A DNA stretch of 64,000 nucleotides, taken from IMG/VR virus record IMGVR_UViG_3300042465_005589, positions 62,001 through 126,000 of that record, one strand, 5' to 3'. Position 1 is the stretch's first letter; each line of letters opens with the position of its first letter. The translations under genes were made by a program, and so were the position numbers. Below are positions 1-7,885 of the stretch, one piece after another. The notes beneath the pieces are model-generated. The model was not told where the DNA came from, did no database searches, and worked only from the letters and a program-made list of their open reading frames with translations.

Positions 1-78
1 AAAACTATACCCATAATGAACGATGTTAAATCTACCATAATTTCTTTTTTTTTATTTGTTTATTATTGAACTGATAAT

Positions 79-459
79 TTATTGTTTAACTCCTCCCCAC
101 AAATAACCATCACCATATGAAGTACATATTTCTTCACCGGGTTGGATTGTTTGTAAAGAGTAAAATTGAAATGCTCGTTTAGTTGGGTGATTTCTCCACA
201 TTGCGTTATTAGTATCTGAATGATTATATATACATCCATACCCTAATGGTATCACATATTCAGTCCAATTTGGTCCTTGAGGATAACAAAATCTATAATC
301 ATCAAGTAATCTTGATTGTTCCCATTTTTTTGTTGGTAAAGTCACTAAATGACATTCTTCAATCAACTCATCTTTTTCAATGACATCAATTGCAAATACC
401 CCCATTCCTTTTCCTGGAGAGGGTTTAATCTCTATTTTGGTCGGTATTAATAAATTCAT
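79..459 (-). CDS. SET domain protein (putative lysine methyltransferase)
   Basis: GKGMGVFA, GYGCIYNHS and GEEICTSYG SET motifs. Confidence 0.9.
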   Translation of the reverse strand: MNLLIPTKIEIKPSPGKGMGVFAIDVIEKDELIEECHLVTLPTKKWEQSRLLDDYRFCYPQGPNWTEYVIPLGYGCIYNHSDTNNAMWRNHPTKRAFQFYSLQTIQPGEEICTSYGDGYLWGGVKQ

Positions 460-484
460 AAGTAAATTATAATAAAAAAAGAGA

Positions 485-922
485 CTATTTCAAGTCTCTT
501 TTCATATCTCTTTCAATGTCCCGAGATTTAATACTGTCTCGTTTATCGTATGTCTTCTTTCCTTTGGCAAGAGCAATCTCCATCTTAACTAACCCGGTAT
601 CATTTATGAATACACGATAAGGAACGATGGTGGTTCCGTTGATTAGTTCGTTCTCCAATTTATTAAGTTCTTTTCGTTTAAGTAATAGTTTTCTATCCTT
701 TACGGTCTCGTGAAAGGACCCGAACCCATAATCAGAGATATTCATTCCCTTTATAAACAACTCACCATTGTTGAAGTAACAAAACCCCTCAGATATGGAG
801 ACCTTTCCCTGACGGATGGACTTTACCTCTGAACCAACTAGTTTGATTCCCACGATTAGTGTCTGTAGGAATGAATACTCAAACTTGGCTTTCTTATTGA
901 CTATGTTAATTGATTTTTTCAT
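485..922 (-). CDS. smpB: SsrA-binding protein SmpB
   Basis: NKKAKFEY, GIKLVGSEVKSIR, RKLLLKRKE, LAKGKKTYDKR. Confidence 0.97.
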   Translation of the reverse strand: MKKSINIVNKKAKFEYSFLQTLIVGIKLVGSEVKSIRQGKVSISEGFCYFNNGELFIKGMNISDYGFGSFHETVKDRKLLLKRKELNKLENELINGTTIVPYRVFINDTGLVKMEIALAKGKKTYDKRDSIKSRDIERDMKRDLK

Positions 923-999
923 ACGACAAAGATAATGATTTTTTTTCTAATAATTATGACTTTTTATACTTTTTGAGATATTTATAATAAAGAGATATT

Positions 1000-1152
1000 A
1001 TGAACCCAAGAAAAAAAGAAGAAGATAAAAAAGTAAAATTTGGAATCTGTGTTGACCCGGTAATATACCAAAAAATGGAAGATGAGATGATTAACAAATC
1101 TCGCCTGATTGAAACACTATTGAAAGAACATTATGGAAAAAAAAGTTTGTAG
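1000..1152 (+). CDS. 50-aa ribbon-helix-helix-like protein upstream of HNH endonuclease
   Basis: Read by hand: MNPRKKEEDKKVKFGICVDPVIYQKMEDEMINKSRLIETLLKEHYGKKSL; overlaps the HNH start. Confidence 0.65.
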   Translation: MNPRKKEEDKKVKFGICVDPVIYQKMEDEMINKSRLIETLLKEHYGKKSL

Positions 1153-1753
1153 TAAGTGTAAAGAAGAAAAAGAGGTTTGCGAGTTTGGGAAACGAAAAGA
1201 TTCCAAAGATGGTCTGCGAAGTGAATGTAAAAGTTGTGCTAAAGAATGGAGATTAAAGAATCGAGAACATTTATTAAAATATAATAAAAATTGGAAAAAT
1301 TCTAATTCAGAACACGTTTATCATTATCATAAAAAATATAAAGAAGAAAATGATGAAGAATTAAAGAAATATCAAAAAGAATGGTATCTACAAAATAAAA
1401 ATATTCTTAATGAAAAAATAAAACTAAAAAAATTAACAAACCCAATATTTTTAGTTTCGTGTTCAGTTAGAAAAAGAATGTCCGAGTATATTAAAAAAAA
1501 TAATATATTGAAAAAAAATAAAACTTTTAAAGTTGTTGGATTGAACCCTATTGAATTATCTCATTACTTGGAAACTCAATTTACAGAAGGAATGTCTTGG
1601 AATAACTATGGAAAGTATGGGTGGCATATTGACCATATAATTCCGTTATCTTCAGCAAAAAATGAAAATGAACTTTATAAGTTATGTCATTATACTAATC
1701 TCCAACCACTATGGGCAGAAGACAATCTAAAAAAATCAAATAAACTATTATAA
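1133..1753 (+). CDS. Free-standing HNH endonuclease with N-terminal CxxC-CxxC zinc finger
   Basis: CSKC..CKSC; WHIDHIIPLS..HYTNLQPLWAEDNLKK. Confidence 0.88.
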   Translation: MEKKVCSKCKEEKEVCEFGKRKDSKDGLRSECKSCAKEWRLKNREHLLKYNKNWKNSNSEHVYHYHKKYKEENDEELKKYQKEWYLQNKNILNEKIKLKKLTNPIFLVSCSVRKRMSEYIKKNNILKKNKTFKVVGLNPIELSHYLETQFTEGMSWNNYGKYGWHIDHIIPLSSAKNENELYKLCHYTNLQPLWAEDNLKKSNKLL

Positions 1754-1757
1754 ACAA

Positions 1758-1791
1758 AAAAAGGTGTCACAAATTAATGTAACACCTTTTT
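1758..1791. terminator. Bidirectional intrinsic terminator
   Basis: AAAAAGGTGT..ACACCTTTTT between the converging HNH gene and the large ncRNA. Confidence 0.7.
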
Positions 1792-1794
1792 GGC

Positions 1795-2674
1795 TTAATA
1801 CGATGAGAATACTCGTCTTATTGAGAATCTTCGGAAGGATTATTGTTTCCCTTCTTTTCCACCATCTTTTGAATGGTAATCCTCATTGCCGATTGGTTAG
1901 ACCAATCACTCCTTAAGATATCATTTACTCTCTCATTATTCAACTCTCTTTAACCTTGCGAGCTAACTCCGGATTCGACTCCGTAGAGGTTTTTGGCGAG
2001 AATACATTCAGACTTGCGGTCATCCTGTGCAACGAACAGCTCGTTACTATGTAGGCAACTTGTCAATGATACCTGACAGACACTTTTGCTTTTTTCTGTT
2101 TAGTTTTTCACCATATTGAAAATAGTTATTGTGTTGTGGATGTGTCCAAGTAGAGGTCTGTCTTAGGCTTCATCATCTTTTGGACGAAGAAATACCAACC
2201 TACTCGGTAGAGCGTCCCCACTCTCATATTTTAAGAATTCTTCGAATCAAAATCTTGGTAGATGTTTGATAAGGATAATGACAGCACCACCTGTTACTTA
2301 TCTTGTCTTTCGACTTTAAGATTTCTCTCATATTGGAACCCGTAATAATTAAGTTGGATAACCTAACTTCTTACTTGATTCCTATCACTTATTCCTATTG
2401 GAGTTCCCCCCTCAACCGAAAGACCCACATCTCCCGGTCACCTAACCACTTTCTCTAAAGCGTTGCCCTCAATACTGAAGGTCAGATGGTATGTGACTTG
2501 TATACTCGAGTCCCATTTCTGAGACCGCAAACCTGTTAACACAACAGATTCACTTTAGCCCGGTTTCCCGGTTTATTTAAGGATGATATACCACCCATTA
2601 TCGTTTTTTACTCCACCGAAGTGGGTAAAGGATAATCTAAAATTTCTAAGAACGTCTTGAGGTTTCCCTCATTT
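1795..2674 (-). ncRNA. ~880-nt highly structured RNA, GOLLD-like candidate
   Basis: No ORF >=60 aa, raised GC, many GNRA/UUCG hairpins, own promoter and terminator, beside tRNA-like genes. Confidence 0.65.
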
Positions 2675-2680
2675 GTTTTA

Positions 2681-2711
2681 CAAAGGTAAGTGATTTTTTT
2701 CATTTGTCAAA
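2681..2711 (-). promoter_or_regulatory. Bacteroidota housekeeping-sigma promoter driving the large ncRNA
   Basis: TTTG..TACCTTTG. Confidence 0.75.
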
Positions 2712-2743
2712 CACTTTTGTAATTTTTTTTTATTTTTTTTTAA

Positions 2744-2973
2744 TCTGTGATAAGACCTTAAGATTTACTCATTCGTAGGTCACCCATTCTGTACTACCTA
2801 AAACTCGCCTTTAACATCCGTTCTACCCAAACCATCGTTTATTTCTTGTTAACCTCACGGTTATCTTTGAGTACCTCCTCAACTGTAATCTGATAGGGAC
2901 TCCATATTGCTCGTCATTTCTGACTCCCTATGGGGTTCTGCTGTAATAGGTCTATCTGCTATCTTATCACAGA
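2744..2973 (-). ncRNA. 230-nt structured RNA, weak RNase P RNA catalytic-domain resemblance
   Basis: 12-bp closing stem TCTGTGATAAGA/TCTTATCACAGA; GAGGAGGTACTC and ACAGAATGGGTGACCT can pair as a P4-like helix. Confidence 0.45.
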
Positions 2974-3121
2974 ATAAAATTTGTAAACCCTTGAGAAGGA
3001 ATCTGTGGGCGTGTATAGGATTACTTGTCTACCTTCTATCCATCCGGGTCTCTCACCCGACGAAACTTTACTACAAATAAATTCGTAGTTCCATCCCCCA
3101 CCAAATTATGGTTTACTTTTG

Positions 3122-3211
3122 TGGTATCAGATGGGCTCGAACCACCGGCACAGAGTCTTTCGTTACTCCTGCTCTACCAAAGGAGATAAATCTCCACTGA
3201 GCTATAATACC
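3122..3211 (-). ncRNA. tRNA-like RNA with hairpin inserted in D-loop and 8-nt anticodon loop
   Basis: Acceptor GGTATTA/TGATACC, T-loop GTTCGAG, D-loop insert GGAGATTTATCTCC. Confidence 0.6.
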
Positions 3212-3219
3212 ATATATTT

Positions 3220-3297
3220 TAGTGGACGTATGCTCTACCATCTGAGCTACGGGGTTAAGACCGGAGGGATTTGAATCCTCGACACAACGTCCACCTA
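3220..3297 (-). ncRNA. Circularly permuted tRNA-like RNA (YrlA/Y RNA-like topology)
   Basis: Order: stem GTGGACGT, T-arm, closed acceptor-like hairpin, D-arm TAGCTCAGATGGTAGAGC, stem ACGTCCAC. Confidence 0.65.
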
Positions 3298-3332
3298 TTT
3301 TTTCAATAATTTTAAGAACTTTATTTCTTCTA

Positions 3333-3364
3333 CAAAGATAATACTTTTATTTTAATATATCAAA
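3333..3364 (-). promoter_or_regulatory. Bacteroidota-type promoter
   Basis: TTTG..TATCTTTG. Confidence 0.75.
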
Positions 3365-3523
3365 TTATTTTAAAAATAATTCTAACAATTTTGTAATACC
3401 TAAACCAAAACACATTCCGGCAACAAAATAACTGAATGCGGGATTTCTACCTTTTTCTTTTTGAATTTTTGCACCGTATAGATTTATAACCGTCAATCCG
3501 AATTGTATTAATACTATTTCCAT
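3365..3523 (-). CDS. Small 2-TM membrane protein
   Basis: 52-aa hydrophobic ORF read by hand, downstream of a promoter at 3550-3580. Confidence 0.5.
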   Translation of the reverse strand: MEIVLIQFGLTVINLYGAKIQKEKGRNPAFSYFVAGMCFGLGITKLLELFLK

Positions 3524-3735
3524 AATTTGTTTCTTTTTTAATTAGAGTACAAAGATAATACTATTTTTTAATCTACCAAATCTTTTTTTGAATTTTCATC
3601 AATTTTTTTTAATTCACTAATAAGTTGGTTACCGTACCACTCTAACCATTCAATATGGGTAAACTTTGAATCCGGATTATCCGACATAAAGTTTTTGTAT
3701 TGTGTTTCTAATGTTGCCATATAATTTAATTTTAG

Positions 3736-3813
3736 TAGTCAGAACAGGATTCGAACCTGTGTGTCCACATAAGGGGTTTCCTTACCGTGCATCTCCAATG
3801 TGCTACCTGACTA
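3736..3813 (-). ncRNA. tRNA shell 1 (AGTCAGG acceptor; non-canonical anticodon arm)
   Basis: CAGGTTCGAATCCTG T-arm plus acceptor AGTCAGG/TCTGACT. Confidence 0.6.
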
Positions 3814-4054
3814 AATTGTGAATCAAAAAATTTCAGCCTTAGCTCAAAAATATCATCACACGATAAGACTTCTTTGTATGGTTCAGGTATCTAAACAACC
3901 TAGGTCATTCTGAATCTTCATATCATTAAAGCAATACCTTTTTTAAGGTTCAAATCCGAACTGTAACTCATTTATTCCTTAACTTACCTAAATAAGTCTC
4001 TATGTTTATTCATAGCCCCTGTAGATACTACAGGTAGTTGACATCGTCGATTTG

Positions 4055-4200
4055 TAGTCAGGACAGGATTCGAACCTGTAAGGTATAACCACTAAAATCG
4101 TGGAGATGGAGGTCAATTCCTCTTTTACAATACCAACCTGTGAGCGTCTACCATCAGGAATTAGCTTTATCAGTGCTACCCTTGTTCCGCCACCTGACTA
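4055..4200 (-). ncRNA. tRNA shell 2 (146 nt, Leu-type D-arm with insert, cargo in place of anticodon arm)
   Basis: Acceptor AGTCAGG/CCTGACT, GTGGCGGAA..TGGTAGACGC, T-arm. Confidence 0.65.
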
Positions 4201-4204
4201 TTTA

Positions 4205-4367
4205 AAAACTAATGGTGTGTTGTTACACCAAGATACGAGGTTCGTTACCACCTACGTGTGACACCCAATAACGATTTCCCTGGATGTTGACTTTTTGTCC
4301 GTACACTCCCACAAGGGGACAACTCCTTAGAAGATGGATACTATCAATCCCACTTCCCATTAGTTTT
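4205..4367 (-). ncRNA. Orphan structured RNA, 163 nt
   Basis: 11-bp closing stem AAAACTAATGG/CCATTAGTTTT between tRNA shells. Confidence 0.45.
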
Positions 4368-4368
4368 G

Positions 4369-4471
4369 TAGTCAGGACAGGATTCGAACCTGTTCCGTCT
4401 TTGCCATAAAGAGTCGGCCTTACCGTTACTCAACCTTGGGGAGGTGATACCAACCAATGGTCTCCTAACTA
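4369..4471 (-). ncRNA. tRNA shell 3
   Basis: Same acceptor and T-arm as 4055-4200, unrelated middle. Confidence 0.6.
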
Positions 4472-4484
4472 TTTTATTATGGTA

Positions 4485-4515
4485 CAAAGATAATACTTTA
4501 TTTTAATTTACCAAA
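4485..4515 (-). promoter_or_regulatory. Bacteroidota-type promoter driving tRNA-shell cluster
   Basis: TTTG..TATCTTTG. Confidence 0.75.
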
Positions 4516-4589
4516 TTTATTTTATAAAAATCTGATAAAAATCCGTCTTTTAATATTTTTCCGGATATTTATATATAAATAACATTATA

Positions 4590-4742
4590 ATGGGTAGACC
4601 TAAATTAAAAGAAGACGATAAAAAAGGTAAATTAGGTATAACAATATCTAAAGAACTTATCAATAAAATAAACAAAATTACAAATAATAAATCATTATTT
4701 ATTGAAGAATTAATTATTAAATATTTCAAGAATGGAGAATAA
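4590..4742 (+). CDS. 50-aa RHH-like protein upstream of HNH endonuclease
   Basis: MGRPKLKEDDKKGKLGITISKELINKINKITNNKSLFIEELIIKYFKNGE; paralog of 1000-1152. Confidence 0.65.
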   Translation: MGRPKLKEDDKKGKLGITISKELINKINKITNNKSLFIEELIIKYFKNGE

Positions 4743-5352
4743 AATATGTTCTAAATGTAAAGTTGAAAAACTATTATGTGATTTTCATAATAATAAAAAA
4801 GAGAAGAGTGGTAAAAACTGTCAATGTAAAAGTTGTGTAAAACTTTGTTATAAATATATTAAAAAAATACCCATTATAAATTTAGAAGAATCTATTAAAA
4901 AAGAAAATTTAAGAAAATTAAAAAAAAGTGTGTATAATAAAAAGTATCGTGAAGAAAATCGTGAAATATTAAAGAAGAAAAAAAATATTTATAAACAAAT
5001 TAGGATAAATGAAAATCCTTTAGTTAAACTACGTTTTAGGATTTCCAATAACATAACTGTTTCGTTAAAACGAAATGGTGGTAAAAAATTAAGTAAAACT
5101 ACTAATATTTTAGGGTGTTCTTTTGATGATTTTAAGAAACATATTGAATTATTATGGGAATCTTGGATGAGTTGGGAAAATTATGGTAACCCAAAAGATG
5201 GTATTTATCAACCAAATAAAACTTGGGATTTAGACCATATAACTCCATCCTCAAAGGCAACATCTGAAGAAGAAATACTTAAATTAAATCATTATAGTAA
5301 CTTTCAACCATTATGTTCTTATAATAACAGATTCATAAAAAAAGGTGACTAA
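4732..5352 (+). CDS. Free-standing HNH endonuclease with zinc finger
   Basis: CSKC..CKSC; WDLDHITPSS..HYSNFQPLCSYNN; paralog of 1133-1753. Confidence 0.88.
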   Translation: MENKICSKCKVEKLLCDFHNNKKEKSGKNCQCKSCVKLCYKYIKKIPIINLEESIKKENLRKLKKSVYNKKYREENREILKKKKNIYKQIRINENPLVKLRFRISNNITVSLKRNGGKKLSKTTNILGCSFDDFKKHIELLWESWMSWENYGNPKDGIYQPNKTWDLDHITPSSKATSEEEILKLNHYSNFQPLCSYNNRFIKKGD

Positions 5353-5386
5353 TGTCACCTTTTTTATAATTTTAACAAAAAACTAT

Positions 5387-5489
5387 GTCAATCCACCAAA
5401 ACTGTTAAAATCTCCTACTTACCTATATGGGCTCGGCCATCCCGTTGTCATATTGATTTACCTGAAACTTCTTTGGGTTGTTGATTGAC
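5387..5489 (-). ncRNA. Possible orphan structured RNA, ~100 nt
   Basis: GTCAATC/GATTGAC closing stem, raised GC. Confidence 0.3.
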
Positions 5490-5513
5490 CACTCCCACTT
5501 ACTCAAGTAGTTT

Positions 5514-5768
5514 TTACATACTCATCATCCAACCCATTCGGTTTTGTTCTTGATACTGAGAATAAGTACATTTTCTCATTGTCTTATAATCCGGTCTCAA
5601 CTTAACGTGAGTTGGGTATTTTTTTTCGTGTTCTTTGTGTTCTCTCACCACTTTAGCGTAAGCCTCTCTTTTACTTGGTGCCCACACGTCATTAAATCCT
5701 CCACCTATCCAATTGAATAAATATAAATACTCCCCGTTAACACTTCTATATAATTTCTCTTTAGTCAT
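5514..5768 (-). CDS. Hypothetical protein
   Basis: 84-aa ORF on the local coding strand. Confidence 0.7.
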   Translation of the reverse strand: MTKEKLYRSVNGEYLYLFNWIGGGFNDVWAPSKREAYAKVVREHKEHEKKYPTHVKLRPDYKTMRKCTYSQYQEQNRMGWMMSM

Positions 5769-5771
5769 AAT

Positions 5772-5942
5772 TTATCCGTGATTTTCTTTATGTAGTAAGG
5801 TTCCAAAAGCATTTGAACCAATTGAAATTAGTAAATATCCAAACCAAATACCGTTTGTTTTAATAGTTAATCCAACAACCACAAATCCAATTATAACCAA
5901 TAGACTTAATAAAGATAATGTGTGTTTTGATAATTTTGTCAT
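5772..5942 (-). CDS. Small 2-TM membrane protein
   Basis: 56-aa hydrophobic ORF read by hand, promoter at 5966-5996. Confidence 0.55.
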   Translation of the reverse strand: MTKLSKHTLSLLSLLVIIGFVVVGLTIKTNGIWFGYLLISIGSNAFGTLLHKENHG

Positions 5943-5996
5943 AATAATTAGTTTTAAATTCGGTACAAAGATAATACTTATTTTTAATCCACCAAA

Positions 5997-6218
5997 TTAT
6001 TTTTCATAAATTAAATCAGTTTTTTCACAACCATCTTTTAATTCAAGTAAACCATTTCTACATTGTCTTTTGATAATGTCTAAAATAACTGATAATTCGT
6101 CCGATTTTTTTCTATTTATTTTCCCCCAATCTAATGAACCCCATTTAAAAGTGGATTCTATCGTTTTTAGTTCTAAAATAAACTCCTTTTTTTCAGTATT
6201 AGTTTGCCAATTACTCAT
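5997..6218 (-). CDS. Hypothetical protein
   Basis: 73-aa ORF after promoter 6243-6273. Confidence 0.6.
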   Translation of the reverse strand: MSNWQTNTEKKEFILELKTIESTFKWGSLDWGKINRKKSDELSVILDIIKRQCRNGLLELKDGCEKTDLIYEK

Positions 6219-6406
6219 AATTTTATATTTTTAAATCCGGTACAAAGATAAGCATTAAATCGACATCTCCAAATATTATTTTAATTTTTTTCAAAAAAAT
6301 TTTTTACGATAACGATTACGTAAATTAATTTGGCATAAAACTTGATATTACGGATTTGTTAACCTATTTATTTAACGAAATTAAACATTATTTAAAACAA
6401 ATTATT

Positions 6407-6571
6407 ATGAAAAAAGTATTTTTAGCCCTTGCAGTTATTGCAACGTTATCTTTAACATCTTGTAAACACGAAGTGAAACAAGACGAAGCAACTGAAGTTG
6501 TTGATGATTCAACACAAGTAGATTCCACATCAGTTGATACCACTCAAGTAGATACTACTCAAGTGAAGTAA
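6407..6571 (+). CDS. Small lipoprotein
   Basis: MKKVFLALAVIATLSLTSC lipobox, acidic D/S/T-rich tail. Confidence 0.8.
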   Translation: MKKVFLALAVIATLSLTSCKHEVKQDEATEVVDDSTQVDSTSVDTTQVDTTQVK

Positions 6572-6574
6572 AAC

Positions 6575-6606
6575 AAAAAACCCCTCTTAACGGAGGGGTT
6601 ATTTTA
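6575..6606. terminator. Bidirectional terminator
   Basis: AAAAAACCCCTC..GAGGGGTT between converging genes. Confidence 0.7.
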
Positions 6607-7206
6607 TTTAAGTAAGTTTCTAATTTTACCTATTTCTTTATTTACTCTATGTTCTTTTAATCCTAAAGCCGTCCCAAATGCTGCTCCGATTTGTGAGTTC
6701 ATAATATCACTAGCAGTACTATCGGCATCACCACCAGGTGGGATTGTTGTTGTTGTTGTTGTTGAACCATCAGCCGCTGGAGCGATTTGTTCTTTATTTG
6801 AAACATGTACATGGTTATAATGGTCATCCATTTGCCATAAAACAGATTTTGTATTACCACCTTCACTATTTCTTTTATATCCAAGTTGTTCTAACTGAAT
6901 TACAAAACTATCAACATTTCTTTTGTTAGATGGGTCTTTAACGGCAACACCATTAACTTTACTTATATCTACAGCACTTCCGGTTGAGTGTCTACTAACA
7001 GCTCCTGAATCTGTTGTTTCACTATGGTCAGACACCGCAGATGTTATATTCACGTTAACATTAGCGTTTTTAGATGCGGTACAAATATCTTTTAATAATG
7101 CGTCGTTTACTAAATCTAATCCAATATCAGAATCCACGCTTATATAAGAACATCCTGATGAATTTAGTTTAATATTTGCTTCTAATAATTGTATTAATTT
7201 TTTCAT
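6604..7206 (-). CDS. M15/Hedgehog-fold zinc peptidase, putative peptidoglycan hydrolase
   Basis: SRHSTGSAVDI (H-x6-D) and HYNHVHVS. Confidence 0.7.
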   Translation of the reverse strand: MKKLIQLLEANIKLNSSGCSYISVDSDIGLDLVNDALLKDICTASKNANVNVNITSAVSDHSETTDSGAVSRHSTGSAVDISKVNGVAVKDPSNKRNVDSFVIQLEQLGYKRNSEGGNTKSVLWQMDDHYNHVHVSNKEQIAPAADGSTTTTTTIPPGGDADSTASDIMNSQIGAAFGTALGLKEHRVNKEIGKIRNLLK

Positions 7207-7207
7207 A

Positions 7208-7813
7208 TTATTGTTGTAAATGTGTCATTAAAACACCTCCTATTGATGCCGAATGTTGTAGTAAATGATTTATTGATTCAATGTCCAATTTAGATTTTCT
7301 TTTTGTATAATCTAACCCTAATGTCCCGATGAATTTACCTTCAATAGTTTTTATTGCAAATAAATATCCGGATTTACAACCAGTATCTTCAGCAATATAT
7401 TTTAAACCAAAAGTCGCAATAGTTTCATCTTTATAATCGGAAATTTCAATCACATCGGTTTCTAATAACTGATTTATTGAACGGCTGAATAAATTAACTG
7501 GAATATTATGAAAATTTGATTGAACTGATGTTATTCCCGGACCAACAACTTCATACATAATACTGAATTTTGCTATAGATTTTCCTGTTGGATAAAAGTT
7601 ACCCCCATTATGGAATTGTGTTATCCAAACTCTATCTGATTTAAATTCGTCTTTAATATGTTCCAATTTTGTCATCACAAGTTCACTAACTTTTAGTGTT
7701 TCCAACACCATATCAGGCTTTTCAGTTTTTTTATCCAATTTATTCTTAATGAATAATAATAGGAGAGGTCCCAATACCCCCGTGATAAACGCCACTATTA
7801 TAGATACACTCAT
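7208..7813 (-). CDS. N-terminal TM plus GAF-like domain protein, T4 gpT-like holin architecture
   Basis: One TM helix, then DRVWITQFHNGG..FIGTLGLDY. Confidence 0.55.
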   Translation of the reverse strand: MSVSIIVAFITGVLGPLLLLFIKNKLDKKTEKPDMVLETLKVSELVMTKLEHIKDEFKSDRVWITQFHNGGNFYPTGKSIAKFSIMYEVVGPGITSVQSNFHNIPVNLFSRSINQLLETDVIEISDYKDETIATFGLKYIAEDTGCKSGYLFAIKTIEGKFIGTLGLDYTKRKSKLDIESINHLLQHSASIGGVLMTHLQQ

Positions 7814-7885
7814 AATTTTAACTTAATATTTTATAACTTATAAATAGTAAAAAAACAAAAAAAGTGGGATATTACTCCCACTTTT

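Noticed and set aside
1960-1990. GGATTCGAC as tmRNA 5' end
   Set aside because: No GGGG acceptor start, tag frame or matching 3' tRNA-like end; it lies within the large ncRNA
1795-2674. Group I or II intron
   Set aside because: No interrupted host gene, and no recognisable domain V or P7 core
3005-3103. Hammerhead from GACGAAAC
   Set aside because: No CUGANGA core; left as unassigned spacer structure
1133-5352. RNA-guided (IscB/HEARO-like) HNH system
   Set aside because: No RuvC or bridge helix, proteins resemble ordinary phage HNH endonucleases, and the RNAs are on the opposite strand; adjacency alone is insufficient
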